DNA from: Centroscyllium fabricii
Lineage: Eukaryota
Direction of reading: 5' to 3'
Length of the DNA stretch: 64,000 bases
Assembly (NCBI GenBank): GCA_051313645.2
Contig: JBNRSN020000010.1
Coordinates: 94,736,001-94,800,000, forward strand
Shown here: positions 21,590 through 35,205 of the stretch, piece by piece
Layout: the number at the start of each line of letters is the position of its first letter
How positions within the stretch are numbered: position 1 is the first letter of the stretch
The notes under the pieces: model-generated
Told to the model about the DNA's origin: nothing
The model's input: the letters and a program-made list of their open reading frames with translations, nothing else
Database searches by the model: none
Program-made: the position numbers and the translations under genes

Positions 21590-24500
21590 CAGCAAGAATA
21601 GTGACAGCTTACATTACATTACACCACGGGAAATGGTGCATTTACTGGTTTACAGTAAAATTGGCGATCATATAAAGGTGCTCAGAAAGGGGGAATGAAT
21701 CAGAGTGCTACACGATTCTCAAACGTGACATTGAAATGACATAGTGCAGTGTTATTTGTTTATTTCATCAAAACATTTATCTAACTTTTTTCACATTTAC
21801 ATATCCATTATCCTAATGGGAGGAATATATGCGTGTTTCGGTTTGTTATCCAGTTCCCATCCTCAGCTTTCCCCTGCATAGACTGACCTATTGCATATTT
21901 CCTAATGCACCTTCAGACAACTTTCAATTCTGCAAATGCCGGTTAAAGGGGTTGACGAGAACACCATACACGCTTTAACTCCAAAAGCGAACAATACTGC
22001 AAAAGTACTGACTTCAAAGTAGTTAAGGTTAGACATACAAGATCTTTTTATGTGATTTTAATATACTCAATGCATTTTCTCCACGATTATTTTTTGAGAG
22101 TTGTGTGGTTACAGAAAATGTTAAGACAACTGCTGACTAAAGGCGCCTCCTGCTTTGAATTTAGGACTTTGCTCTGTTTCACAAGCTCCTCATTCCCTTA
22201 TTCCAATCTGATTCTGTTCTCTTTGTGATTTCTAATCCATCAGTGTGGGGCCAAGAGCTTTTCAAGTTAATAATTTTCTTTATGAGACTAGCCAGATTCA
22301 GAAGTCTGCATTATTCCTTTCTGAATACATTGTCGCGTTACATTTGAAGCTTATTCTGTGCTGTGCAGTTAATATGGTATGGGGTTAATAGAAAGGCAAT
22401 AACTTTTAATTTACTCGAAAATCTATTCCTCCTGCATTAATGCACACAGTTGGAAATACGATTAAACGTCCAGCGAAGAACGAGATATTGCAAAGCGAGA
22501 AGTGGCTTGCAAGGTGCTCTCTATTTAATATTAGTTGTCAATTGATTTGAATACAGGGTTGTTCAATATAATTGCAGCCTTTATTAAGTGGTCTAGGTAC
22601 TTTTTTTAAAGGAGGGAAAATACTTTTGGTTTTAAAGCTGTTGACTTCAAAAAAAGACGCTGCTTGTGTGTGATAAAGTGATAATAAGCACATTTAAAAT
22701 AGTGTGGAGTTGACGGGCGCGACAAGAGGTGCCAGTGACGTGGATGATGTATCTGAACATTGTGCCGCCATGACTTTGTGCAAACTACTTCCTCTCAATC
22801 GATAGATTTTCTGATTATTTTACAACTTTAATACAAAAATCGATGTATAATCGCTCAACAGCGACAGGACGAACATGGTGGTTGCATAAACTATCATTCG
22901 TAAAGATCAGCAAAATAACAGGATGTGTGTCAGGCAAGGTGAGAAAACGAATCCTCGTGTTGCTCTCAACGCCGAAGGATGACAGAGCACGAAGTTTAAC
23001 TCAGCTAAATAGGGCACTCTCATCGCCATCGTCACCTTTACCATCACATCAATGATTAGTACCTTTGGGCTGGAGTTAAAATGTGTTAAGTAATACTGTA
23101 ACTCAAAATGGATGTAGTCAATAATATTTAAAACATGCAGAACCTTTCCAATGACAACATACATGAATATAAAATTATGACTGAGTATCTTCAGCCGGGA
23201 TTTATCTAGACCTTAAGAACCAAATATTGAGATTAATGTAAATTGTAACTCTCATTCCTTTAAATCATATTTTAACGAAAGGAAGGGCCTGTGTCTGTCC
23301 ACTTTCGTTCTGCGGTGTCCCTGGAATGTCAGCACTCCGATCGGTCTTGTCAATGATAACAACAGTGTCACTGGATGAAAACGACTTTCAGATTTAAAAG
23401 TTTGGGTGTGATTAAAACAGTTCGAATGGAATGAAACATCAGCTATTTATGAGAAAAGTAAAATAAAGCCGAGTCTGCATTTGCAGCAGGCAAAGGAATC
23501 AATCGCAGTTCACTTTAGAGATACAATGTCGGTTAATGGAGACTCAGCCCTGTATTTTTTCCAAGATAAATCTTCCAGTTTTAAGGACGGTACAAAAATA
23601 ATCAAGGCAGCTGTGAGCGAGGACACTTGGTCTTCTCCTAACATTTAGCATTTTGTTCCATCCCACCAGCTTCTTGGGTCCAGTCTTGCTCTTGTTTCCC
23701 GCTTTGTGACTTCTAATCCAGCAGACTGGGGCCAAGAGCTTTTCAATGCGAACTTTGGACAGGACAAACAACGTCTCCTGACCTCTGACAGCAACTGGAT
23801 TTAACAATCACTACCTGGGGAAAGAATGTGCCTCTCTGTAAGATGAAAATATACTCAACTGGAAGCCGAAACCAGTATTAATTAAAAGAAACATGCCCAT
23901 TTTTCACGTAATTCGTCTTGTTTCAGGAGGAGCCCGCCGTTTACTTTTAACTGCTATCATTTTCTCACGTTTCCTTGCAAATTTACGTATAAGCGAAAAT
24001 CTAAATGTCTGCAGATGGTTAAACACAGCCGCGAACAATTTTCCCACCAGGATTTGTGCAGTTAGTTATGATTTCACTTCTCACTTCTTTGTACGGATAA
24101 CCTGGGAATCGTGTTTGCTGTTTAGTGTGTTTTGCGCTCCTGAATTGTTAACGGTGTGACTTTCAACCTGGAAATAATTTACGACCAGAAGACCAAAACA
24201 GAGAAATATATGCACAAACAAACTGCTAGCCTCAAAAAGATCTGAGGATTAGCACCGCTTACTTACCATGTGTAATACTTGACTTTTGGCAGTGGCAGTT
24301 TTTAAACTGTATACAGTGCTGCAATGGTTCAGTGTATCTGGTGAGCAATCGCCGCGCCAAATACAGCATCGACACCTTGTGATTTCACACTGCCCTCTTT
24401 ATCATTACTGATCATACTCAATGACGGTGTTGCAAACAAATAATAAACGGTATTATTATGGTTCCCGCTCTCCTATTATTATTCGTATTCAGATTCGCTA

Positions 24501-27500
24501 ATTGCTTAGTTGAAATAATAATCAGAATGACCTTAAATTGCTGATTTTAATGAAAACTCGCTTATTGGGTAGGATGCAGAAGTGAAATATGTGTGACTGA
24601 CATAAAGGGACGTTTGTGAATATTCTCGTTTTTCAGTTGCTCAAGTCAACAAAATTATTGGCAAGCATTAACTGACAAAATACAAAACTATCTTCTAAAC
24701 AAAAAATAATAATTCGACTACTTACTGTTTCTTTTCTTTGTAATACCGGGTTTCAAGTATTTTAAAATTTCATTGGATTGCACTGGTCAGGTACATGTGG
24801 TTCTCAATTTTTCGAGACTTCGCAACAAATAACTGTTTGTCATAAAGGTATGTTAAAGATCGCCGTCACATCGATGTTGGCTATTTTGCTTTTCCCAATT
24901 TATGAATATTTAGGTTGCGTTGGGTTAAATGCTCCGCGCGCTGCGCCCAGTCTATTTCAGGAGAGAAGACGCAATTATTTAAATTGTTTTTGTAAATAAT
25001 AAACACATAATCTTTAACCAATTAAATGTCACGATGTATTTATTGAGAAACAACAATTAAAACGTCTAGTTTGTCGATAACATTTTAATGTCGAACCATG
25101 GCAAAGCACCTTTGTAACATTCCCTCACAAAGGTACATCAAAGTCAGTTTCCATGTGATCTGTTGTAACAACCCTGGCTTCTTGTCCACGTTTGCTTGTT
25201 ATGGGCAGTTTCCCTTTCCCTCAATATAAATAAAAAGCAATACATCACCCTTCTTGACTCTAGAGACCTTCCCCAGTGTCTCATTAGGTGCAACAGCAGA
25301 TATGAAAGAGCCAGGCCGACCTATTATTGGTCTCTTTTTAACACTGCCCTAACTTCACTTTCCATTTTGAGTTGGGATTGCACCCTGGACACTTTTTTTC
25401 CCTGAGAATTAGCATTTAGCTCCACGCCAGTGTAGTCAGCGAGCAGAAGTAATTAGATGGAGGGGTCTGTATTAAAAGCTGACATATGTTATCAGCAGGC
25501 GGAGCACTGACGCAAAGCACGATGAAGACTTTGGAGCTACTTGTTGCTGCTGTTATGAGGGGAGTTCTCAGATGTCCATCAAAAGCCCCTACTCTTTCTT
25601 GTGCCGTATGGGCAAAAATTTCGACAACAATGCTGGAACCCTTTCATTTCAAAGCAGCTATCAGTGTGGTTGCTCGGCGAGTTTTGTGTTCTCTTTCTTC
25701 TCGTTTTAAACCCACTACATCCAAAGACGTGTTAATACCTTTTGATAGGGATTGAATTCATTATCTCCAATAACACAATTGTGCTTGGCCAACGAAAAGA
25801 GCAAAGCAATACCCTTCAGATCAGAAGGGTGGGGGGGGGGGGGGGGGTGGAGAGGTGGACGAAGTGGAGAGAAGATCTCTATCGAAATCTGCCCGGGAGC
25901 CAGCTGCTCTTTTATCAGAGGTTTATAAACAGGTTTACAAGAGCATCGCGAAAATATATGAAAGATCGATCTGTCTTTAACCGTCTAGAGCAAACAAAAT
26001 TCCTGGAAAATAAAATACAACTGCCGAATAGAGAGGAAGCAGCGATTGAGATGTTCTGTAATTGTATGTGTCTCGGGGACCCAGTTGACAAGCGGTTGTA
26101 AACCAGCATTAAAACCGATCATATGAGCTGGGAAGATAATGGTGTCAGGTTACAATAACCGCATGTCTGAACCAAACAATGCGACCAAACCAACACGTTG
26201 AACATTATTGAATATAATCGCAATTAGCGGCATAAGACAATTTTAATCTATTCAAGGTCTCTCACATTCTTCCTCGATTTTGATTCTAATGTAATCTCGG
26301 ATCAGTTGTAACCCGGGGATGATCCAACGCTATCCGTTCAAATGGCGGACGCACCCTCCACCCTCAATAGAAATGATTTTACAAGGATTGTCCCCACCCC
26401 TCAATGGACACTACAGATGTAGTAGCACAACTAAGAGCACAGCGTCAAAGAGGGGATTGTATTTTGCACTTCGGATAATACGGGAAACGGGCACTTTTAA
26501 GGTAGACACACTGCACGGGACTTGAGATACTGAACCGACAGAAGACATTAATTTGTACAATAAATGGGTGTGATATTGCTAACGTGTTTGGGACGTTTTC
26601 TGGAGTTTAGTTGGTGTTGGTGCAGTAGCAGGTGTTGGTTGCTGGCTGCAGCGGGAGTATAAAACACAACAGGCGTAAAAGATTTACTGTCGTTATAGCA
26701 ACCGGACCAGCCACGCTTTCTCAGATCGCATTCATCTTTTCTGTCCTTGTAACACGTTTTTAATTAAACCGTATAAAAAGTTGTTTTGTAGTCTTGTCGA
26801 CATCTTTTCGGTTTCAAAATGGTTAATCAGGCTTCATGGTCTTTTGTTGGATGAGCAAGCGTGTAACATAATCTGTTGCATTTCCAACAACTGAGGCGTT
26901 ATCACTTCATCAGAGCTTCACATATAGTTATTATTTTGAAATAATTTGCTGGTATTGTCATAATTGACAAAGAACGTTACATTTAATCGACACGGACATT
27001 TTAAAGAGAGAAAGATTCTCTTCCCCCTTCAGATGGCCACTTTTCTTTTGATGTCGGACTGAACAGCTGAGACAATGTATTTATTTGACAGCATAGGATT
27101 ATCGACAACAGAAAACGACTTAGGCTCGAAAACATCCAGTGCGGACTCTTTGGAATTAGAGAAAGGACACCCAGGTTGTGCCATCTCCAGGGTTACGGTT
27201 GGAGGTGGATTCTACTAGATCTAATGGTGTTCTTTATTGGAGGGGAGGGACTCTCAGCAGCCAGCCCCTGTCAGAACAAAAACGTACACCCTCACATCTC
27301 AGGCGGGGGGAGATCCAATAAAACCATCACCAGTGTTCACACATCATCGATCGTCTCACAAACTACACATTACAGTTCTCTGGACACAGATTGAAATAGA
27401 CAGCACTTCAGATTTACAAAGGGGGAAAATCATTTTCATGTCACTAGCAACAACTTAAAACTGTCAAAAGTCAAAGCGACATAGTATGCTTTCTGAATTT

Positions 27501-30500
27501 CTCAGATTGATAGCAAATGACGGCAATTTCCAGCTACTTTATAATTGTGATGAATAGTTTGTAGAACGAATTGCTATGCAACTTATATGAGCAACTTTTC
27601 AGAAACATCAAGTGGAATTGAAATTATATTTATTTGCGGGAAGGGGTCAATTTTAGGAGCCCATTCAACAGGGTGCGATGTTATGCAGTTAGGTAACTCC
27701 TGAGATGCAGTGTACAAGTTGCTCGTCTTGAACCTGACATCATGGTTAATTTCTAATAATATACATGATGTTCTTACAGATGCAGTTACATGGTAGATAT
27801 ACAAAAAATAAATCCAGAGACTTCCCAAAGCTGCTTTATCAAGAGCCTCCCGCGTTTTCCTTCTTATCGCGGTTCTCGGATATCCCACCTTCGAATAACC
27901 AGAAAAGGGAGTCAATTTAGCAAAACCACATTTTAGCAAAAAGTCAGAGAGAGATCTTTTCGATCTTTACACAGGTCGGGACCTGGAAACTATTAATTTG
28001 GCTCATATGCAGCAGAATAGATTGGATGACTGTCCAGACATACATTAAAGGTGAAGTCCAGCTCCCTCAGCAGGGTTCGGGGTTATGGCAGTCACACATA
28101 GGCTGTTTGGCAAATGTCCACTATTAACTTTGATGAAATAAATAAAACTGCTTTTGTAGGAGAAATTTTTGCCTTGTTTACTACAATCTCAACAGGAACA
28201 TTGACGAGATCACGAATACCACAAAAAAATCTCAGACAGGATATTTCAGGAAATAGCTGATTTTCACCACTTGCTCAGTTTGTAATAGTTCTGATCCGGT
28301 CTTCAGAAATTTCCCTTAAAATTGATATTAAAAGTGATAAAGTGTCATCTCATCAATAGATTTTCTGGATTGAGTTAAATTGTTTTTTTTTACTTTATTG
28401 GAGCCCACGTCACAATCCACTTCTGTCCTTGGATTAAAGGAATCAAAATCTGGTTATGGCATTTTTATATAACTGCTGGTGGAAGGTGTGATTGACGTTT
28501 TAACAACCCATTCAATATAATATACAGTCTACACCTATATATGGTGTCCATGCTCGTCTTTAGAATTATTTTAATCTTTTCTGTTACATTCTGTGCCCTC
28601 AACATTACCTCCCCTCCCCCACACACAAACCGCCGTACACATCATTCAACGGTTTCAGGTATTCCCTCCCCCACTATTTTATCTCGCACATCTCGATATA
28701 GTATTTTTCCATGTTTCAGTCGTATTCACGATGCTTCTACTTCGGGAACGGTCTCAAAACTACTTTTCATTGCTACCTCTCTCCCCTCCTTCAAGACTTT
28801 AAAAAATCGAAATCTTGGACCCTGCTGTTAGCCTCCGCTTTATTTTCCCCGTCTGACTTCCCTGGATTCTCTCCCCCTGGATTCTCTTCCCTCTGGTAAA
28901 ACGCCCTGAAATGATTTGCGTCAGGGGCGGCTATGTAAATACAAGTGGATGTTGTAGTCAGGCAAACATAATTCTGTCCAAAGATATTAATACTTGAACA
29001 AGCAAATTTAGTTTTAGATCTCGCAAGCATTTGTTTTTTTTACAATATCGTCCACTAAAAGATTTTTTTAAACTTGTTCAGAAATATACTGCAGGAAAAA
29101 CATAAGTTATCGAGCTGTTCCTTTTCTACCCCTCCCCGCCTCGAATTATTTCTGGTGGTGGATATTTCAATCACATTTCTAAACATTCAAATTGAAAATT
29201 GCATTGAACGAAAATTGTTGTGTCTGATTTGTGTCATAAAATGTAATGTAATTTCCAAAGAAACCTAGACAATTTTAAATTAGGAAATAATTTTTCGCCT
29301 TTGAGTTGACAAGAAACTAGGCTATTCGACCTTCAGGCACTGCCCTGTCTTTATGCGTTAAATTGATATGAGCCATCATTAAAGATTCATTTACTGACTC
29401 TAACATTTTATAAACATACGTTAATACGCCGAATCATTTATTCGACAGAGCATCTGTATGACTTTTTTTTGCGCGTGGAGTTATTTATGCAAAATAATTT
29501 TCTGTGCTCGTTTAATATAGATGGCTGGTTCGTTAATCACGTTTGCATCTACTGGAACATAACTAATGCACGAAAAACCAAAAAGCAAAGTTAAAATCTT
29601 TCAGATAACAAATTACCTCAAGTAATAATAGCCAAACCCATGGAAACGTGAATGTTAAATTAGTCCCCTTCCCATCTCCAGCTGGGTCAGCAAATCTCCA
29701 CATGTGGGATCAGTCCATATTTTTGCCTGTGCCCGCCCCTTTTCAATTAGAATCATAGCAACCAACCGGCAAAGGATTCCTATTAAACACGACGGCACCT
29801 CTGCACTTGTTAACATTTCACATTTGATATTTCTCTCTTTTGCTTTCTTTGTAATCTTTTATTAGCATTGTAATTCGAGGTGCTGACAATTTAAAAAGTT
29901 CGTGTCTTCACATAATTAGAATATATACAGTGCAGCCCAATTCATAGATGGTCCACATACAAATTTGAATATACCGCATGCATCTGAATGTGCCAGCACA
30001 CGTTAATTATACTTCGATTTTAGCCGTTAAAATAGCATCGTTTTTATTACACTTTGTAAGTACCAATACTGTCTCACATTTTAGGAATAGGAGATTTTTA
30101 CATGTACGGTTAATCGGTTGTTTGGCACCAAATTGAAGATTAACAGATTTCGATATTGCTACAATAGCACCAATTACTAACGCCAGCTTCCTGTTCAAAC
30201 TGACACGAGTAGCTCCTGTTCTCTGCCGTGTCTTTTTGGGGAGTTTTTAAGGCACTGTCAAATACATTCACAATAGACTCCACCATATAACTTTTCACAA
30301 GTGAATTTATTCCTTGATGCGAGTTAAATAAGAGACCATTTAAAACACAGACAGAAGACAGAACTCGTATTGAAAAAGCTCACAATTCCCCCCCATTCCC
30401 CCCAAAAGTCAAAATGCACTCAACATTAGCAAATTTACACAGCTCTTTATTTCACGACTACAGGGGATTAGATATAAATTGAGAACATTAAAAATGTGAA

Positions 30501-31100
30501 GGCTCGGACAAAGAACCGACATTCCAGCTCTGAATAATGCTACATTGTACTAAACTACCAAAAATATACATATTAGAAAAAGAAACCACAAGTACTGATG
30601 TACATCATGTTAAAACAAAGCTAAGCATCAAGGAACTACAAACATCAACTCAACATGCAATGCCCCTTTTTAGATTCAAAAGTGTAAAAATATAATTTGG
30701 TTAATGTCCTATAGGTGTTTTCTAGCTGGTAAGCAAGTGAACAATGTCATGAATTTTCACTAGATTTAAGTCAGCATTTCTGGTAAGAAGGTAGTATTTC
30801 TTAATTATTTTAATTAAATATGCATGAAAAATATGGAACTATTTATGGACACGCATCTTACAAATTCATGGTAAAATCTGTACATTTGAAAGTGTCTCGT
30901 GCATGTCTACAAGTTTTGTCAATACAGAATACTTTCAAGTTTCCAGACTTAAAAAAAATTAGATTGATATTTTTTGGAATGTTATTTCAGTGTGCTGGTT
31001 ACAACAACTGTTTGCTAAGACCAGGCTTTTTTATTTGTATAGTGATGAATAGAATGCCTGGTCACCAGATGTGACTACATCTCCAGACTCTGCTACTCAA

Positions 31101-31167
31101 TCAGGTCACCGTCCTGATGTTCCCTGTTCCAACCTTCTTCCTCAGGACGTCCACCAGCCGTTCCAAC
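31101..31167 (-). CDS. MIPOL1: Mirror-image polydactyly 1, last coding exon
   Basis: Acceptor CTTTTCTTCCTGCAG|G; reads (K)LERLVDVLRKKVGTGNIRTVT*, matching the recalled MIPOL1 C-terminus. Phase 2 joins the AA ending the 46149-46379 exon. Confidence 0.92.
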
Positions 31168-32217
31168 CTGCAGGAAGAAAAGAGGAACGAGTATTAGGAA
31201 TTCATAGGCTGAAAGAGGCAGTGTTTGCACTGTAGAAAGGCTTGCCTGGTGGTCATTAGAAAACAAAGATGTACTGTGCAACACAGACACTGGTGAGGAT
31301 GCCGACTCATCGTTAGATTTTGTTTTCGATCTTTACCAGTCTCTGAACAGATGAACTAGTAAGCTCCCTTGTTAGAATGGCCATGGTACATTTTGTACAG
31401 TATGATTTTTTTTTGTATTTGATTCAATAAGTATTTTGTAAAGCTTACCAATCCTCAAAAGCATATACATAAATAAAACAGTTGGCAAACTTAGTGCAAA
31501 ATTTTAGATTTCAATGTTCAGCTGCTGGACCCTCAATTATTTCTTTAAAAATAATTTCAGATTTTATTACAAAGCATTACAATTTTTAGGCAACAGCCAC
31601 TGTGAGACAGGCTCTTTCGTATGGTCGTAGCAAAGCAAATGTCAGTATCTAAGTCATATATCCAGACCAAAGCTTCTGGTGTAACAGCGTGGATATCTTG
31701 TAGGCTGCCTGCAAATTTCCTGAGGGCAGTGTTCGATGATATGCTCCAGGGTCTGATTAGGAGCTCCACACTCACATGATGGGGATGCTTTAATCTTCCA
31801 TCTATGGAGAATTGGCAGCAGCTACCATGACCAGTTCTGAGGCGGTTGACTGTTGTCCACTGTTTGCAAGGAAGGTTTGATCCTTCAGGTTGTACTGTGG
31901 AGTCCTCTATAAGGTATCCATTCCATATTTCACAGTTCTTCCAATCATTTCACCATTGGTCATCAAGGCTGAGGGGAGATCGCTGAAGGGTTTCGGTGAT
32001 GGTCCAAAATGGCTTTCTAGATTGTAGGTTGTTTAAGTTGGTCTGGATTGGCATGTCTTTGCTGGTGTAGCGGTTGTATTCTCTGGAGATTACATATTTG
32101 CAGAGTGGGTGTGGTGGTGCGATGTTTGCAAGCACGGGCAGCCAAGGTGTTGGTGTCAATAAAAGCGTACTGGTGATAATTTTCCTGGTAGAATTCAGCT
32201 TGACATCAACGGATTTG

Positions 32218-32392
32218 AACATAAGAAATAGGAGCAGGAGTAGGCCAATCGGCCCCTCGAGCCCGCCCCGCCATTCAACAAGATCATGGCTGATCTGATC
32301 CTAACCTCAATTTTATTTTTACTCTCCACCCCGCCCAGACCCATGTGATCACCTGGGAGGGGCGAAAAACCAGATAAAAAACCCAGTAGCCA
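32218..32392 (-). mobile_element. CR1 3'-end fragment
   Basis: Near-identical to 61159-61331 (AACATAAGAAATAGGAGCAGGAGTAGGCCAATCGGCCCCTCGAGCC...AAAAACCAGATAAAAAACCCAGT). Confidence 0.85.
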
Positions 32393-32596
32393 GTACCCAG
32401 TTGACACGCGGACTTGATAGCTATGCCGGAGAGCAGTACTCCCCTGTAGAGTACACCAGGGCGAGTGCTGCTGTACAGAGGGTTTAAGCATCTGCTCCCC
32501 ACATGGATCCAGTGAGTTTCTGCATCAAGTTGACCCTACTGTTTAATTCCTTCCCAAGGTTCTGGAGACGTTGTCTATATGACAGGGTGCGGTCAA

Positions 32597-33290
32597 GCTG
32601 AAGGTAAGCATGCAAGTGCAGCAGGCGGTTAAGGCGGCAAATGGTATGTTGGCCTTCGTAGCGAGAGGGTTCGAGTACAGGAACAAGGATGTCTTGCTGC
32701 AGTTGTACAGGGCCTTGGTGAGACCACACCTTGAGTATTGTGTGCAGTTTTGGTCACCTTATCTAAGGAAGGATGTTCCTGCCATGGAGGGAGTGCAGCA
32801 AAGATTTACCAGGCTGATACCTGGGATGGCAGGAATGATGTATGAGGAGAGATTGGGTCGACTGGGCTTATACTCACTGGAGTTTAGAAGAATGAGAGGG
32901 GTCGCATTGAAACTTATAAAATTCTAAAAGGACTAGACAGACTAGATGCAGGAAGGGTGTTCCCGATGGTGGGGAGCCCAGAACCAGGGGTCACAGTCTA
33001 AGAATAAGGGGTAAGCCATTTAGGACTGAGATGAGGAGAAATTTCTTCACGCAGAGAGTGGTGAACCTGTGGAATTCTCTACCACAGAAGGCTGTAGAGG
33101 CCAATTCATTAAATATATTCAAGGAGGAGTTAGATGTATTTCTTAAGGCTAAAGGGATCAAGGAGTATGGAGAGAAGGCAGGAACAGGGTACTGAATTTG
33201 AATGATCAGCCATTATCTCATTGAATAGCAGAGCAGGCTTGAGGGGCCAAATGGCCTACTCCTGCTCCTATCTTTTATGTTTCTATGTTT
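32597..33290 (+). mobile_element. 5'-truncated CR1 LINE nested in the Vingi-like element
   Basis: ORF 32610..32927 has [20 protein letters not shown]; frameshifted downstream; tail ATGTTTCTATGTTT. Confidence 0.92.
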
Positions 33291-34547
33291 CCTAAACAGG
33301 AGTTTTTTTTGGAATGGTTTACCTCTGCACCGTAAAAGGAGACTTTCAAAACTTGGCTTGCTTGATTGAGGTGGAATGTCGAAGTGACGGTCTTATTGCG
33401 GGTTTGGCCAAAATCACGATTGACAGAAATAGGCCTCCATCCTCTGTAAATCATTGGTCAGGGTCTCCTCGGTGATGGACAGATTCATATTTTGCGTGGC
33501 CAAGGCAATGTCATCAGCGTATACGAACTTGCGGGACTCTCTGTTGGGTAGGTTACTGGTATAAATATGAACATGGGTGCCAGGACAGAACCCTGTGGGA
33601 GTCTGTAGTTCAATATCCTATATCTGCTCTTCTGGGTGCCAGCATACACACAGAAGCATTGGTTGCCAATGCAATACTGGATTCCTTGAGCATAGCAGAA
33701 AAGCATTGGCCCTGCTCCGCCAACTTGGCGGGGCAAACCCCGCCTATAAACGCAGGACAACCATCAGAGTAGACGCCATTGCATCCCACTTGATAAACAT
33801 CAAAGGCTCCAGTGGACAAAGAATTTCAATGCCAAGTGAAGCGGCAGCTTTCGACAAATTTGATGGAGCCACCAAGATTGTCAACAATGTCTGATTCATT
33901 CACCTTGGATGAACTAAACGCAGCCCTGCCGACAACCAAATCTGGAAAAGCTGCTGGTCCAGATGGTGTTTACTCAGCATTCCTAAAAGCACTGGGACCC
34001 AAAGTACTGGCAAATGGTCAAACTCCATTTATTTGGAGGGAGGTTAAAATAATTGCCCTCCTGAAGCAGGGGAAAAATGCTTGAGATCTCCAGCTGCTGC
34101 CCGATTTCCTTACTTTGCACCTGTTATAAAGTGCTGGAGAGGCTACCACTCCACAGACTGGCCCCCACCATTGAGTCAACCATCCATAAGGAGCAAGTGG
34201 AGCGACTGTAACTGCTGTGACCAAGTGGTAGCTTTAACAACGCACATCAAAGCAGGCTCGAGTGCCAGCTCAAGACCACCATGGCACTCGCGGACTTGTC
34301 AGTGGCGTATGACAGTATGGAAGCATGGACTGCTTTTCAAGCTCTCCACCATTTTACCCTGCAGAACAACGATCCATCTTCTCAACACCATGCTTAGCAA
34401 GACAACCTGATTTGACTGCACTTAAATAACTGAAGTTTATTTGGAACATCTTAACAGTATTGTTCATTTCTGTGATACTGAACATGTGTACAGTTAAATA
34501 TTTTTGATTACATCGCACACCATGTGCCAGTCGGAAAAATAAAAAAG

Positions 34548-35205
34548 CAGGGATTGGGAAATGTTGGTATTCAGAGGGACCTGGGTGTCCTTGTACACGA
34601 ATTACAGAAAGTTAACACAACAGGTACTGCAATTAGGAAAGCAAACGGTATGTTACACTCCAAAACTTTTGTAATAAAGGCCAAGAGTAAGGAAGTCTTA
34701 CTGCAATTACATAGGGCTTTGGCTAAGGAAGGATATACTTGACTTAGGAGTGCAACAAAAGTTCACGAGACTGATTCCTGGGATTGGGGGGCGAATTGTC
34801 CTACGAGAAGAGGTTGAGCAGACTAGGCCTACATTCATTAGAGTTTAGAAGAATAAGAGGTGAACTCATTGAAATGTATAAAATTCTTCAGGGGCTTGAC
34901 AAGGTAGATGCTCGGAGGATGTTTCCCCTGGCTGGGGCATCTAGATCTAGGGGTTAGAGTCTCAGAACAAGGGGTCGGCTATTTAGGACTGAGATGAGAA
35001 ATTTCTTCATTCAAAGGGTTGTGAATCTTTGGAATTCTCTACCCCAGAGCACTGTGGATGCTCAGTCGTTGAGTATATTCAAGACAGAGATTGATAGATT
35101 TTTAGATACTAAGGGATAGTGTGGGGAGGTGGAGCTGAGGAATGGCAGAGCAGGCTCGAAGGGCCAAATGGTCGACTCCTGCTCCTATTTCTTATGTTCT
35201 TATGT
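34548..35205 (+). mobile_element. Decayed CR1 3' fragment
   Basis: QRDLGVLVHELQKV, GTTGTGAATCTTTGGAATTCTCTACCCCAG and tail CTCCTGCTCCTATTTCTTATGTTCTTATG. Confidence 0.88.

Larger units (their letters stand above)
31613..34400 (-). mobile_element. Decayed Vingi/Ingi-like LINE with 5' inversion, interrupted by CR1 fragments
   Basis: Minus strand: LPQGSVLAP and YADD-type RT motifs (about 33500-33660), C-terminal CECGAPNQTLEHIIEHC zinc knuckle and CCATACGAAAGA end. Plus strand 33670-34400 holds the preceding RT part (KSGKAAGPDG, WREVKIIALLK, VWKHGLLFKL). Clade assignment is from recall. Confidence 0.7.

Noticed and set aside
31093-31290. Listed 65-aa minus ORF overlapping the MIPOL1 last exon
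   Set aside because: Wrong frame; splice phase gives LERLVDVLRKKVG instead.
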